Source of the DNA: Octopus bimaculoides
Taxonomy: Eukaryota
Direction: 5' to 3'
Length of the DNA: 34,663 nucleotides
Assembly (NCBI RefSeq): GCF_001194135.2
Contig: NC_068987.1
Coordinates: forward strand, 86,182,721-86,217,383
Positions 13,081-24,120 of this stretch are shown here, in pieces. The notes under the pieces are model-generated. The model saw nothing but the letters and a program-made list of their open reading frames with translations, was not told where the DNA came from and ran no database searches. The first letter of the stretch is position 1, and each line of letters begins with the position of its first letter. The position numbers and the translations under genes are program-made.

Positions 13081-13490
13081 TTGAACTGTTACGAAATCTG
13101 CAATTACTCTATCCAGATTACAAGTTCGGGTTTATACCTGGGATATGTAACACGCTGCCTAACTACTAATCTTGAGAAATTAGGCTTCTTAGAACGAGAA
13201 CGGAGAAAGTTAATTCGAGGACTACAAATCCAATCCATCACTGTAAATTTTTAAATCTGTAAAATTTTCCAGAAGTTAATCAATTAAATATATATTAGCG
13301 TGATTAGATATGCGACTATATGCAAGAGAATACAGACATAGAACTAAACATGCAAATCTGCACCTATACATTCATAGAAACATAAATACCCTGTTCCTGA
13401 TGTTGAAATTCCATTGAAGGAGTCTTAGATCTGGGTTAGAAACAGGGGCTTTCTCTATTGGCAAGACATCTTGAAATAAAACTGAACAAT
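13081..13490 (+). mobile_element. R4/Dong-like (RLE) LINE 3' fragment: ORF C-terminus plus 3' UTR, bracketed by (TACA)n
   Basis: ELLRNLQLLYPDYKFGFIP, frameshift, GYVTRCLTTNLEKLGFLERERRKLIRGLQIQSIT, then ICKIFQKLI*. This is the C-terminal P-(IIxGAL)-G...Q...L architecture also seen in the elements at 19.4-21.2 kb. UTR ends aataaaactgaacaat then (TACA)n. Confidence 0.65.
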
Positions 13491-13916
13491 TACATACATA
13501 CATACATACATATATACATACATACTTACGTACATATATAGATATACATATATACATGTATTCATACATACATAATATACATATATATATATAAAAGAAA
13601 GTATTCCTCCACACGGATACATATATAGAAAACATTTCAAATGCACTAGGAATTTACAAATTTTTTATGATTTTCAAAACTAAACTAAGCTAGGAAGACG
13701 GGGAGATATGCTGCAACTGTCTTGCTCCTGTTTCGCTTCGGATGTAAGTCACTTTCGGCATAGCCCCAGGTCTTTTTATCTCATTTTAGTTTTGAAATGA
13801 AAATCTTTCAAAGCGATTGAGCCTTTGGAAATAAACCATCTAAAATAATCGCATTGCATTTTCAGTTTCTTTTTTCTATTTATATGGCTACACACACGCA
13901 CACACATATTCGCACG

Positions 13917-13957
<41 letters not shown>

Positions 13958-14610
13958 GGTGTGTGTGAGTGTGTGTGTGTGTTTATATATATACATACAC
14001 ACATGCAAATACACACACACACACACACATATATTCCCATATACGCACACACGTATACCCCTTTATGTCGAGAATGTAGACATTGGAAACAATAAGTAGG
14101 TACAATATTTTATGTACAACATACTTGAATGTTTCCCGTTGAGATTCAGTATATTAGCTGGACATATAATGAAAACAATCGTCTACTAGAAGCTCTCTAC
14201 GTTATTTGGAGTTTTGTTTATCTATATCTGTAATAGTAAGGAATAATTTCATAATGCCAATGTTTACACATCATTCTTTGCTGGAAGCACAAATATTCAC
14301 AATTTGGATGAATGGCGGAGAAAATATATATTGAATTCTTCTAACTTCAACAAAAGTTTCACATGAAAATATACAATGTTCATAAAATGTAGTATTCCTT
14401 CCTTGGCCTTGTCAATAGAATGCCAAAATCAGGTGATTTAGTAGTCCTGGCGCAGGTAGCAGGTGATTAGCTCCCACTAGCGATATAAACACGTCTACTC
14501 ATATGTACCACAAGTCCATTTGATAGGTTTTCTTAACGCAGTATTTTGTCTTCTAATACAACCAATTTTTAGTGGGGATAAATAATAATTTCTGATATTG
14601 ATACTGCTTC

Positions 14611-14712
14611 TACTCATTTATTGTGCGTTTAATTATTAATTTTTCTATATGTGACAGTGGATTTCCATCGACGAGTTCATGAACCTTGGTTCTTTTCCCT
14701 AAAACTATATAT
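14611..14712 (-). repeat. (TA)n-adjacent interspersed repeat, copy 1
   Basis: Reverse complement closely matches 34521-34622. Confidence 0.8.
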
Positions 14713-14713
14713 T

Positions 14714-14715
<2 letters not shown>

Positions 14716-14787
<72 letters not shown>

Positions 14788-14800
14788 TGTGTGTGTGCGT
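14716..14800. repeat. (TA)n(TG)n microsatellite
   Basis: Direct reading. Confidence 0.9.
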
Positions 14801-16399
14801 AAATGAATATATATGTAAGTAGATATATATACATATATATTAAATAAATATTCATCTATATATTTATATACTCACAAACACACGCACCCATATAATAAGC
14901 ACACACTTTCCAGTAATTAGCAGCAACCAGACGGGCTATTAAATAAACGTATATTCAGGAATATTAGAGCTGTCAAGTAGATAGCAATCTGAAATGCAAT
15001 TTTATTCAAGAAACCTTACACATATGAATTTATGTCAGAAGCTGAAGTTGATTATTCAAAAAAGAAATTAAATTTTTGCTGTTTCCTATATAGAAATCTA
15101 TGAAACACATTACCTTTAACAAAATATTGGCGCTTTCAATACCATTGCAGACTTAATGACATAATGCTACTTAAAGATGTTAAATATTAAAATATTGACG
15201 AAGACATAAATGACTTTTATCATCAGCAACGTATAAGAAACCCATGTATACGTGTGTCGTTTGTTTAGAAGTGTATTTTTCTTTGTGTGCATAAATATGA
15301 ATATACATAGATAAATACACAAACATACTCACAGAGAGACTCACTCACGAACACACACATACATAGAAACCTACTGGTCGACCGTGACTTCAAATCATGA
15401 CATCTGAAGAAATGATTGGCCTTTGAATTATATATGTCCGTATATTATGTTTTGAACTAACCAACGCTGAATGAATTGCATAACACTTGTTGTGACATAG
15501 AATAAATATATTCTCCATACCTAGTTTAAATTACCTTTATTACTGTTATTAAATATATATATATATATATATGTACACACTCACACACACACACACACTC
15601 ACACACACACACACTCACTTAGAAATGAAGAAAGGACAATATTTATGTGTGTATATATTTGATTCCATAACAATTTTAGTAACTTTGGAGAGAACGTGAT
15701 AATTGTTTTTTGATATGTTCTCTCTCGAAGCACACACACATAATACTATAATTACTATGATATAAATATTGGGTTGGAATATACCTTCCGATTCAAAAAT
15801 AATCGGGCAGTTTCTCAATCGAAAATAGTATTTATATGTTGGTGTTTGAACGTTGGCACATACTACTCGATGAAACACACACACACATAACCACACACTG
15901 ACGCACATGTACATCTATGACGGTATGTATGTGTGTATACTGACCCTCCGTTATGTCGCACGACTAAGACATACGAAATCACATTCCACTGAGTTAGTCC
16001 AATCATCAACACAAAGTGTAAAATTTCAGCTATCAGCGTACAAAACTAGTTAAAATCCCAGCTCAGTATTTCTTTGGGTTCAAACTATTTTATGTAGAAC
16101 TTCTGGAACTATTTCGACTTCTGCGTCTACAAAATTTCATGAGGTATATTTAAAATGATTGTCAAATAGTCAGCGTGTACATTATTTGTGAGTGTCTCCG
16201 TTTGCAGCCGAATCAGTGACAGCCAATTTCATTAAAAAGCGTGCGTTTAAATACGTTATTCTTCTTGATATGTCACCTTAAACTTGTATATGAGTATATG
16301 TATGAGAATATATATACTTAGATACTTAGGCTTTGGCCACATTGTCCGAGGCCATAGCTAACTTAATAGCACCACCTGGAAAAGACATTTAGTAATGTA

Positions 16400-17080
16400 T
16401 TTTTGTATTGTTATTTCTAGGCACCATTGCGCATTCGATTAAAGAGTTGTTGTTTGTAGAAGTATATCAGGGTGTCGGTGGTTTATCTGGAATTTGTTGG
16501 GGCTTTTCATCCAGGAACATTTTAAAGGTTATGAAATCTTTTTCCTCCCTTATATGTTTCGGAATGATGTTAAAAAGAGCAGGTCCAGTTGAGGGGAAGT
16601 AGTTCTGTCTTCGTGTTTTGATGTGCTGAGAGCACGAACAATCTTACGTACGGTGTTCTGAAATCTTATGTATATTGTTTCTAGGCAAAATAGCCTCTAA
16701 CATTTCTAGATTTCAATGGTAAATTAATTTTTATTATACTCGTATACTCTATTCTTTTACATTATTTGCATCACTTTACTCAGATTTGAAAGCAAGCATT
16801 GTATCCATTGTTATACTTGGTTAGATTTTACAGGGCGTGTAATTCAAGATGTTTCTCAAAGAAATTCCATTGGATTTCTCAGAGAATTGTTTTGATATTT
16901 AACATACAATTTGTCATATAATTAATATATGGAGTGCAGTCCACCATACGATATTTGAGAATTCTATAAACTTAGAAGCGTATTAGTCAGAATAGAAGAC
17001 TCCATTTGAAGACAGTAACTCATCGTTGGATATATTGGATTATATAGCATAGGACTTTGGATATATGTAACCTAACTACT
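16400..17080 (-). mobile_element. CR1-like LINE 3' remnant, second subfamily
   Basis: Minus frame TRRQNYFPSTGPALFNIIPKHIREEKDFITFKMFLDEKPQQIPDKPPTP*YTSTNNNSLIE. The upstream part is highly degenerate and the 5' boundary is approximate. Confidence 0.65.
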
Positions 17081-17357
17081 TTTTCATGTACACATGAACA
17101 TCTACGTAATGATATAAACGCTACTGCTGAACAATTTAATGTATACCTGTGCAAAGTAATTGCTTGCAACTAAAACGACTGTTCATTCAAATTTATGTCT
17201 CGTTAAGATCAATCAATAAACAGCATTAAGTAGTTAAATAAAAGTTAGTAATTAAGCAAACAATTTGTGTGTAAGTGCTAATTTTATATTTGAAGATAGC
17301 CTATTAAATAGATATTGTTTTCCTAAAAAAACACAATAATGTGCATTAAAATTGTAT

Positions 17358-17515
17358 GCTTAAACAGATGCGGCTGTGTCGTAAGCAGCTTTCTTAACAA
17401 TCATATGGTTCCAAGTTCAGCCCCTCTGCGTGCTACATTGGGTTCTATAATAGTCTTGGGCCGACCAAAACCTTGTGAGTGGATTTGGCAGACGGAAACT
17501 AAAAGAAGGCTGCTG
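17358..17515 (+). mobile_element. Family A SINE head
   Basis: ggctgtgtcgtaagcagc...ggttccaagttcagcccc...gggccgaccaaaaccttgtgagtggatttggcagacggaaact matches 136-297 and 837-998. Confidence 0.8.
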
Positions 17516-17516
17516 T

Positions 17517-17568
<52 letters not shown>

Positions 17569-17727
17569 CTAGATAGATACATGCATACACACATACGTAC
17601 ATACATACATACATACATGCATACATACATACATACATACATACTTACATACATACATACATACATACATGCATACATACATACATACATACATACATAC
17701 ATACATACATACATGCATACATGCATC
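17516..17727. repeat. Compound (GATA)n then (TACA)n microsatellite
   Basis: Direct reading. Confidence 0.95.
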
Positions 17728-17925
17728 TACGTACTTAACGACACTCGGTCTGTCACAAGACAGAATTTTCATGCTGCTGCTGAAAATCTTTTTCCGCTGA
17801 GTGAAGTAGAGCAAAGAAAAATGAAATACTCAGCTCAAGAATTAATCACACTGCCTAGCCCCGAAACCACGTTATATATATATCATCAGTTTAACACCCT
17901 AACCACTCAGCAACGCGCATTCTCA

Positions 17926-17962
<37 letters not shown>

Positions 17963-17996
17963 ACACACACACACACACGCACACACACACACACAT
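17926..17996. repeat. (CA)n microsatellite
   Basis: Direct reading. Confidence 0.9.
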
Positions 17997-19416
17997 ATAC
18001 CTAATTCCAATATCTTGCACATAATTATGATTTAGACAGGGTTACTTTGAACGATGAACACTATTAATACCGAATTGTAATTGGTGTAATTCCTATATAA
18101 AAACAAGAAAACTTCAACATCCTTAACTGATGTCTAAGTTTTTATTTTATACATCTATTCATGATTCCAATGTATTAAAATTATCACGGCTGCACATTTC
18201 TGCATTACAGATATGAAAATGTCACCTGATAAAATGTTTCCTTTTAACTTAATTGCCTAAAATTTACTCCCTTCCAAATGTCAAATGCAACAATTTGGTT
18301 AGATTTTAGCACAAAATAATATTTTAAACATGACATACCTTTCAAATTATAGTGAAATATTTTCTCTATAGAAAAAATTAAAATTTAAAAATACCTGCGC
18401 TGCGTAATTTCATATGCTTGATGTATACCAGACTTATAAAAATGTTCGTAATATTTACTTATAAATAGTTATTTTAATATTTTTTGCATTTCAATAACAT
18501 GAATTTGATAGTTAATTGGTTATTTATTTGTTCATAACGAGCTAAACTTGAGTTTGTTTGCATATCTGACGGTAAGATTATCAAGGGAGTGTCTGTTGAA
18601 CTTACGCATAATAAATATCACTAGATATCTTCCGACGAATATGCTGTGTAATTCTATTTTAATGCTATGATGTGAGACGGAATATATCATGGGATTTTGT
18701 CAAACACGCTATGTCTAGACATTTAGATAGTAAAGTGGTAAATAAAATGTAGACTACTACAAAACATGTTGAAAAGAATGGAAATTGAGAATGGTGTACA
18801 TAAAATACTGAAAAACACTGAAAAACACGATAGTCAAAAGGATAGGAAATTCTACACCCGGGGTACTGTTATGAAAGGAAGATTAATAATTCTAAATTTT
18901 AAGTGATGGAATAAAATAGAAAAATAAGAATGATGAACAAATTGATAAAATGGAAGATATGTGGGGGAAATAAGAAAAAGTGAAAGAAATTGGTAGTGTT
19001 CAGAAGCATTATAAGGAACGTTATATGAAGTATACTTTCGTTTTTAAATGACAAAAAAAGTGTGAGAAAAATGTGAATGAAAATATGATGGCTTTCCCAT
19101 GGAATATATGAGAATGTAAAATATTGAAAACAGTTAATAAGAATTATGAAAGAAAGCATAAACTATGGAAACATGTGGGAATTTGCTTTAGTTAAACTTA
19201 ACGGCAGCTTTATTTATACGAATGTCTTTTAGACACCAGGTGTAATTAGACAGTGGTGTAGAATTCCTTCTACAACTGTTACAGATCGTATAAAGGTGCT
19301 GCATAAAACTGGCCTTAAAGGTTTCTTTTTTTTATTTTCGAGCCCTGTTTACGATTTTAGACTCCTTCCTTTAGTGCTTCGGCCTTATCATTATTATTAT
19401 TATTATTATTATTATT

Positions 19417-20796
19417 CAGTAGTTTTATTTTTATAACGTGCTTTCACTTCACTACCGAGCGCAGCTCTGTGCGCCTTGGGTATGTGCTGTGGTTTGCTGT
19501 GGTGCTCTTATGTTTACTGTCTTGAAAGTGTTTTGCGTAGGATGTGTGCAGTACCAAGTAGTGCAATTTTCTGTATGTTATATATATTTGTAAGTCCTGC
19601 TATTTTTGTTATGTATTTGTCTGAATATTTTTTTATTATACCTAAGGCACCTACTATGATAGGAATTGTTTNNNNNNNNNNNNNNNNNNNNNNNNNNNNN
19701 NNNNNNNNNNNNNNNNNNNNNNNNNNNNNNNNNNNNNNNNNNNNNNNNNNNNNNNNNNNNNNNNNNNNNNNNNNNNNNNNNNNNNNNNNNNNNNNNNNNN
19801 NNNNNNNNNNNNNNNNNNNNNNNNNNNNNNNNNNNNNNNNNNNNNNNNNNNNNNNNNNNNNNNNNNNNNNNNNNNNNNNNNNNNNNNNNNNNNNNNNNNN
19901 NNNNNNNNNNNNNNNNNNNNNNNNNNNNNNNNNNNNNNNNNNNNNNNNNNNNNNNNNNNNNNNNNNNNNNNNNNNNNNNNNNNNNNNNNNNNNNNNNNNN
20001 NNNNNNNNNNNNNNNNNNNNNNNNNNNNNNNNNNNNNNNNNNNNNNNNNNNNNNNNNNNNNNNNNNNNNNNNNNNNNNNNNNNNNNNNNNNNNNNNNNNN
20101 NNNNNNNNNNNNNNNNNNNNNNNNNNNNNNNNNNNNNNNNNNNNNNNNNNNNNNNNNNNNNNNNNNNNNNNNNNNNNNNNNNNNNNNNNNNNNNNNNNNN
20201 NNNNNNNNNNNNNNNNNNNNNNNNNNNNNNNNNNNNNNNNNNNNNNNNNNNNNNNNNNNNNNNNNNNNNNNNNNNNNNNNNNNNNNNNNNNNNNNNNNNN
20301 NNNNNNNNNNNNNNNNNNNNNNNNNNNNNNNNNNNNNNNNNNNNNNNNNNNNNNNNNNNNNNNNNNNNNNNNNNNNNNNNNNNNNNNNNNNNNNNNNNNN
20401 NNNNNNNNNNNNNNNNNNNNNNNNNNNNNNNNNNNNNNNNNNNNNNNNNNNNNNNNNNNNNNNNNNNNNNNNNNNNNNNNNNNNNNNNNNNNNNNNNNNN
20501 NNNNNNNNNNNNNNNNNNNNNNNNNNNNNNNNNNNNNNNNNNNNNCTTCTGTGCGTTGTATATATAGCCTTTCTATGTCAGATTTTGGGTGGTGCATCCT
20601 ATATCCTGTCATTATTTTTCTTGTTTTCCTGTCTATTTTACATAGTTCGTTTAGTGTCCAGTTAAGGATGTTGTAGCTGTAGCTTATAACTGGGACAGCT
20701 AAAGTGTTGATACCCATTATCTTGTTTTTAGCATTGAGCTCTGTTTTTAGTATTGATCTAACTCGTCTATAATACTCTTTCTTTATTTTTTCTTTC

Positions 20797-20799
<3 letters not shown>
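19417..20799 (-). mobile_element. R4/Dong-like non-LTR retrotransposon, element A: 5'-truncated, young-looking, internal gap
   Basis: 5' flank reads KEYYRRVRSILKTELNAKNKIMGINTLAVPVISYS...DRKTRKIM...HHPKSDIERLYIQR. 3' flank reads TIPIIVGALGIIKK...IQKIALLGTAHILRKTLSRQ* (stop 19514-19516). Neither flank has a disablement. A 97-nt UTR ends in (TAA)n, and (TAA)n lies on both sides. Confidence 0.9.
19672..20545. other. Assembly gap inside element A
   Basis: N run. Confidence 1.

Positions 20800-20874
<75 letters not shown>
20798..20874. repeat. (TAA)n tract between elements A and B
   Basis: About 25 perfect ATT units. Confidence 0.95.
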
Positions 20875-21155
20875 CGCATGTTGTTTTAGAACTCTTGGAG
20901 TCTTGCATGCCTGGCGTGCTTGCTACCTGCAGCCTACAGTATCATGATATCCGTTCTTTTCAGCTATTTAATATTTCCCTGATTATTCTGGTCGTGCCAA
21001 AGAGGCAAGACTTTTGTAACAGTTCTACTGGGCACTCTATTCCAATTTCCTTTATATTCCTCTTGATTCCCTCTCATACTGTGCCCAAAGACCCAACTAT
21101 AATTGGCACTTCATCCTCTTCACTTTCTATAGCAAGACTGTTTCGTACTTAAGAG
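20875..21155 (-). mobile_element. R4/Dong-like element B, short 3' fragment of a different family
   Basis: EVPIIVGSLGTV*EGIKRNIKEIGIECPVELLQKSCLFGTTRIIREILNS* (stop 20960-20962). Its 85-nt UTR is unlike that of A and runs directly into (TAA)n. Confidence 0.75.
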
Positions 21156-21159
21156 GGTT

Positions 21160-22205
21160 GTATTTATTTATTTTTTCGTCTTTTATATTTCATTTTACTT
21201 TTAATCGGCATGTTGATTACAGTCACTTGCCGAGACACATCCAACGGCCTGGAGCTAGTGAAAGATAAGAGATCTTACAGTATGACTAAAAGCTGGGGGA
21301 GGAGGAGTAGCAAGGATTGTAATACCTGTAATACAACACAGACATTTAAATGCATTGTATTTGTATTTCACGTTTTGTATTTCAGTTCCCAGGTCATTGT
21401 ATTTACTTAATTTGTCAAATTCCTTTAAATATAATCAGTGGGAACATATATCTTTTAGTCTAAATGTATTTTCTTTCTCTATCTTTAATAATTGTGTATG
21501 GCCTAGTAGCCTGAATCGATCTGTCAGTGTTGCCAGGAAAATTCTATTTTCACCTTGAACAACTGGCTCAGGATGAGGTTCATTCCAGTAAGCAGGAGTG
21601 CTGATTTTGTAGTGTTTACATATTTTCCAATTTAAATACTGTCCTACCCTATCATAGCGATTTTTGTATTCGTTTGGTGTCAACACAGGACATCCCAGGA
21701 TTAGATGGTTTATTGTTTCGTCAAATGTGTGGCAGAATCTGCATTTAGGGTCACAACAGTTTTGAAGAACGTGAGCCTGGAAGATTCTGTAAACAAACTT
21801 TGATCTTGTGCCATCAATATGAAACTTTCAATCTCTGCTTTCAGTCCTGAACTTCCTAGCCACTGACAGGTTGCTGCTTCGTCTACAGCAGCATTTCGAC
21901 TTCGAAGTATATACTGTTCATGCAGAGGCATCTGACTCCACCGCTTTTTCTAACCGTTCTCTTTTGCAGCCTGTTTGAACCTGGTTTCAGGTTAGTCGCC
22001 CATCTCAGGGTTAAAGCCAAGTTCCCTTGCGAATTTGCAAGTATTCTGGACGATAGAATGTGACTTTTTCGCTGTTTTCGTATTTATACACAAGCTGCTG
22101 CGTCTAGTCATCCGTACCAGATAAGTACCTGTTCATTGGTATTGTGGAGGTCTTATAGCACAGTTTTACCTGCATTATTCATCTTTCCCCCATTACTCAA
22201 AGGTA
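21160..22205 (-). mobile_element. R4/Dong-like element C, degenerate fragment with zinc knuckle and restriction-like endonuclease
   Basis: PLSNGGK (expected xPRxxGGRG), MPLHEQY...WLGSSGLKAEIESFILMAQDQSL, CRFCHTFDETINHLI..C (CCHC), TDRSIQATRPYTIIKD..ENTFRLKD (degenerate RPD..D RLE motif), KEFDKLSKYNDL. Has a third distinct 3' UTR ending in an A-rich taaa tail. Confidence 0.85.
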
Positions 22206-22209
22206 TTAC

Positions 22210-22293
<84 letters not shown>

Positions 22294-22303
22294 CATTATT
22301 ATT
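22204..22303. repeat. (TAA)n tract
   Basis: About 33 near-perfect units. Confidence 0.95.
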
Positions 22304-22853
22304 GAGTGAGAGAGCAGTGCATACCATCAAATTGTCACTGGGGTAAAATATACGAAGCCCATTATACCCAGCATAACTACCCGTCCGTTTAGGGTACACC
22401 AGGCACATGCATCACAACCATGTGTGCGCGACATGTTGATCTCATATCAAGATAAACAGCACATGACCTCGCAGATGGGTCCCAGTTAGAATTTTCTTCG
22501 GGTCGGATAGCCATCCTGCTCCAAATATCCCTGAATAAGGTTTGTTTCAGGATGTTGAGCAAAACACCCATGTTTCCAAAGGTGAATTATTCAAACCCAA
22601 AAGAATTCCTCTGAACACATGGCTATGATGTTCCCCCACTACTTTTGCTCGTGATCAGCGATGCACATATCGTCAGCTACCAAGGGACATGCTCAACCGG
22701 TTAAGGTCAAACAACTGACAAGCAAATCTGTGGTATTGAGCAGAATATTTGCTCTAGCCCAACTTTTTATACCAAGACAAAACAATGTACATGATAACAC
22801 TTCCAATCAATTAAGATCAGAAGCCATGAGAGCCACTGCCTGGTACTGCATCC

Positions 22854-22854
<1 letters not shown>
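22304..22854 (-). mobile_element. About 550-bp non-coding element bracketed by (TAA)n
   Basis: Complex sequence with sharp edges on (TAA)n at both ends. The minus strand ends ctctctcactc then (aat)n. No convincing ORF. I recall it as a recurrent octopus repeat (memory only). Confidence 0.55.

Positions 22855-22911
<57 letters not shown>
22855..22911. repeat. (TAA)n tract
   Basis: Direct reading. Confidence 0.95.
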
Positions 22912-22915
<4 letters not shown>

Positions 22916-23671
22916 TTTTGTTGTTGTTGTTGCCTGGAGGATGGCATGGGTGAACCATTACAGAGTCAAATAAACTTGTTGAGGTTTGCATTCTGATTCC
23001 AAATCAGCCTGCAGTCATCTTTGCTTTTCATCTCTCCAGAGTCCATATCGCCGTGTACTAGTCAATAACTCCGTTCGGCACTATCATCTTTGCTCTCCCA
23101 TCAAAACCGCTGGTTTTCTGCTTGATTTAATGCACAGATTCGCACATAATTTATAATGTATTCACAAACGTAGATGTGTGATTGATAGTTGTAATATTTT
23201 GTCTCAGAGTATGTGATTGAAATTTCCATCAATTCGAATATCTATAAATTAGTTAGAACAATTTCTATGGATTGCCAAAACTTTAAGCTTCAATTCCAGA
23301 ATTCCAATATTTATATAGGAAAACTTGTAAAGATACAATAATCGATAACATATTAAATCAAACTTTGAACGACGAGTAGGAAAGGAAAATATATCTAGGT
23401 GCATGTTGTGAATGTAGGTAAAATTCTTAAAATGTAAGTTGGTTTGAAGTTTATAACTATTTCAGACACTTAAGCACGCTTTTGATTTTCGGACACATGA
23501 CATGTAACATGATTATAAACATAACTTACTGATATCGCCAAATGGACGGTCCGTAAATGCTAAAGTGCCATGTAAGCTCATGTAATCAATGGTATTTAGT
23601 GGTTACACTAAAGTATAACATTGGTTGAGTTACTTCTAGACAAATTTCTGAAATGGGTGGTTTGATTATAT

Positions 23672-23790
23672 TATAATGGCCGAGTGGTTAGAATGTTACA
23701 CTCACGGTCGAAAGATCGTGGGTTCAATTCCCGTATCAAGCTGCAAAACAGTTCATTTCACCTTGCTCTACTACACTCAACATTAAATCA
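23672..23790 (+). mobile_element. tRNA-derived SINE head or tRNA-like relic with consensus Pol III boxes
   Basis: A box tggccgagtgg (23677-23687) and B box ggttcaattcc (23721-23731) at tRNA-like spacing. No acceptor stem found. Confidence 0.6.
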
Positions 23791-23919
23791 GAAGCCCTTT
23801 GACAGGCTGAATTTCGTATTTCGGAGATTGGCCAGTTCTCCTATTCAACGGGATAGCATCATTCCAAAGTTATAATTCTGTAAAGAGCATTGAGGCCAGC
23901 AATGCATTGTTTTCTAATC

Positions 23920-24050
23920 TAGGTACAAGGCAGGCCCGAATTTGGGGGGGGGGAGGGGTTCAGTCGATTATATCGACCCCAATACTGCTACTTTATTTAT
24001 CCATCCCCAAAGGGTGAAAGGCAAAGTGGACCTGGGAGGAATTTGAACTC

Positions 24051-24052
<2 letters not shown>
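23920..24052 (-). mobile_element. Family B SINE, 5'-truncated at the B box, abutting (GATA)n
   Basis: Minus strand ctgagttcaaattcctcccaggtccactttgcctttcaccc...ggggtcgatataatcgac matches 30484-30580. Confidence 0.75.
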
Positions 24053-24105
<53 letters not shown>

Positions 24106-24120
24106 CAGCGAGAGAGAGAC
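24051..24120. repeat. (GATA)n microsatellite
   Basis: Direct reading. Confidence 0.95.

Noticed and set aside
19389-22911. CRISPR-like repeat-spacer reading of the TAA-separated blocks
   Set aside because: Eukaryotic context. The repeats are variable-length trinucleotide tracts and the spacers are retroelement fragments.
23672-23745. Functional tRNA gene
   Set aside because: No acceptor stem or full cloverleaf, so treated as a SINE head or relic.
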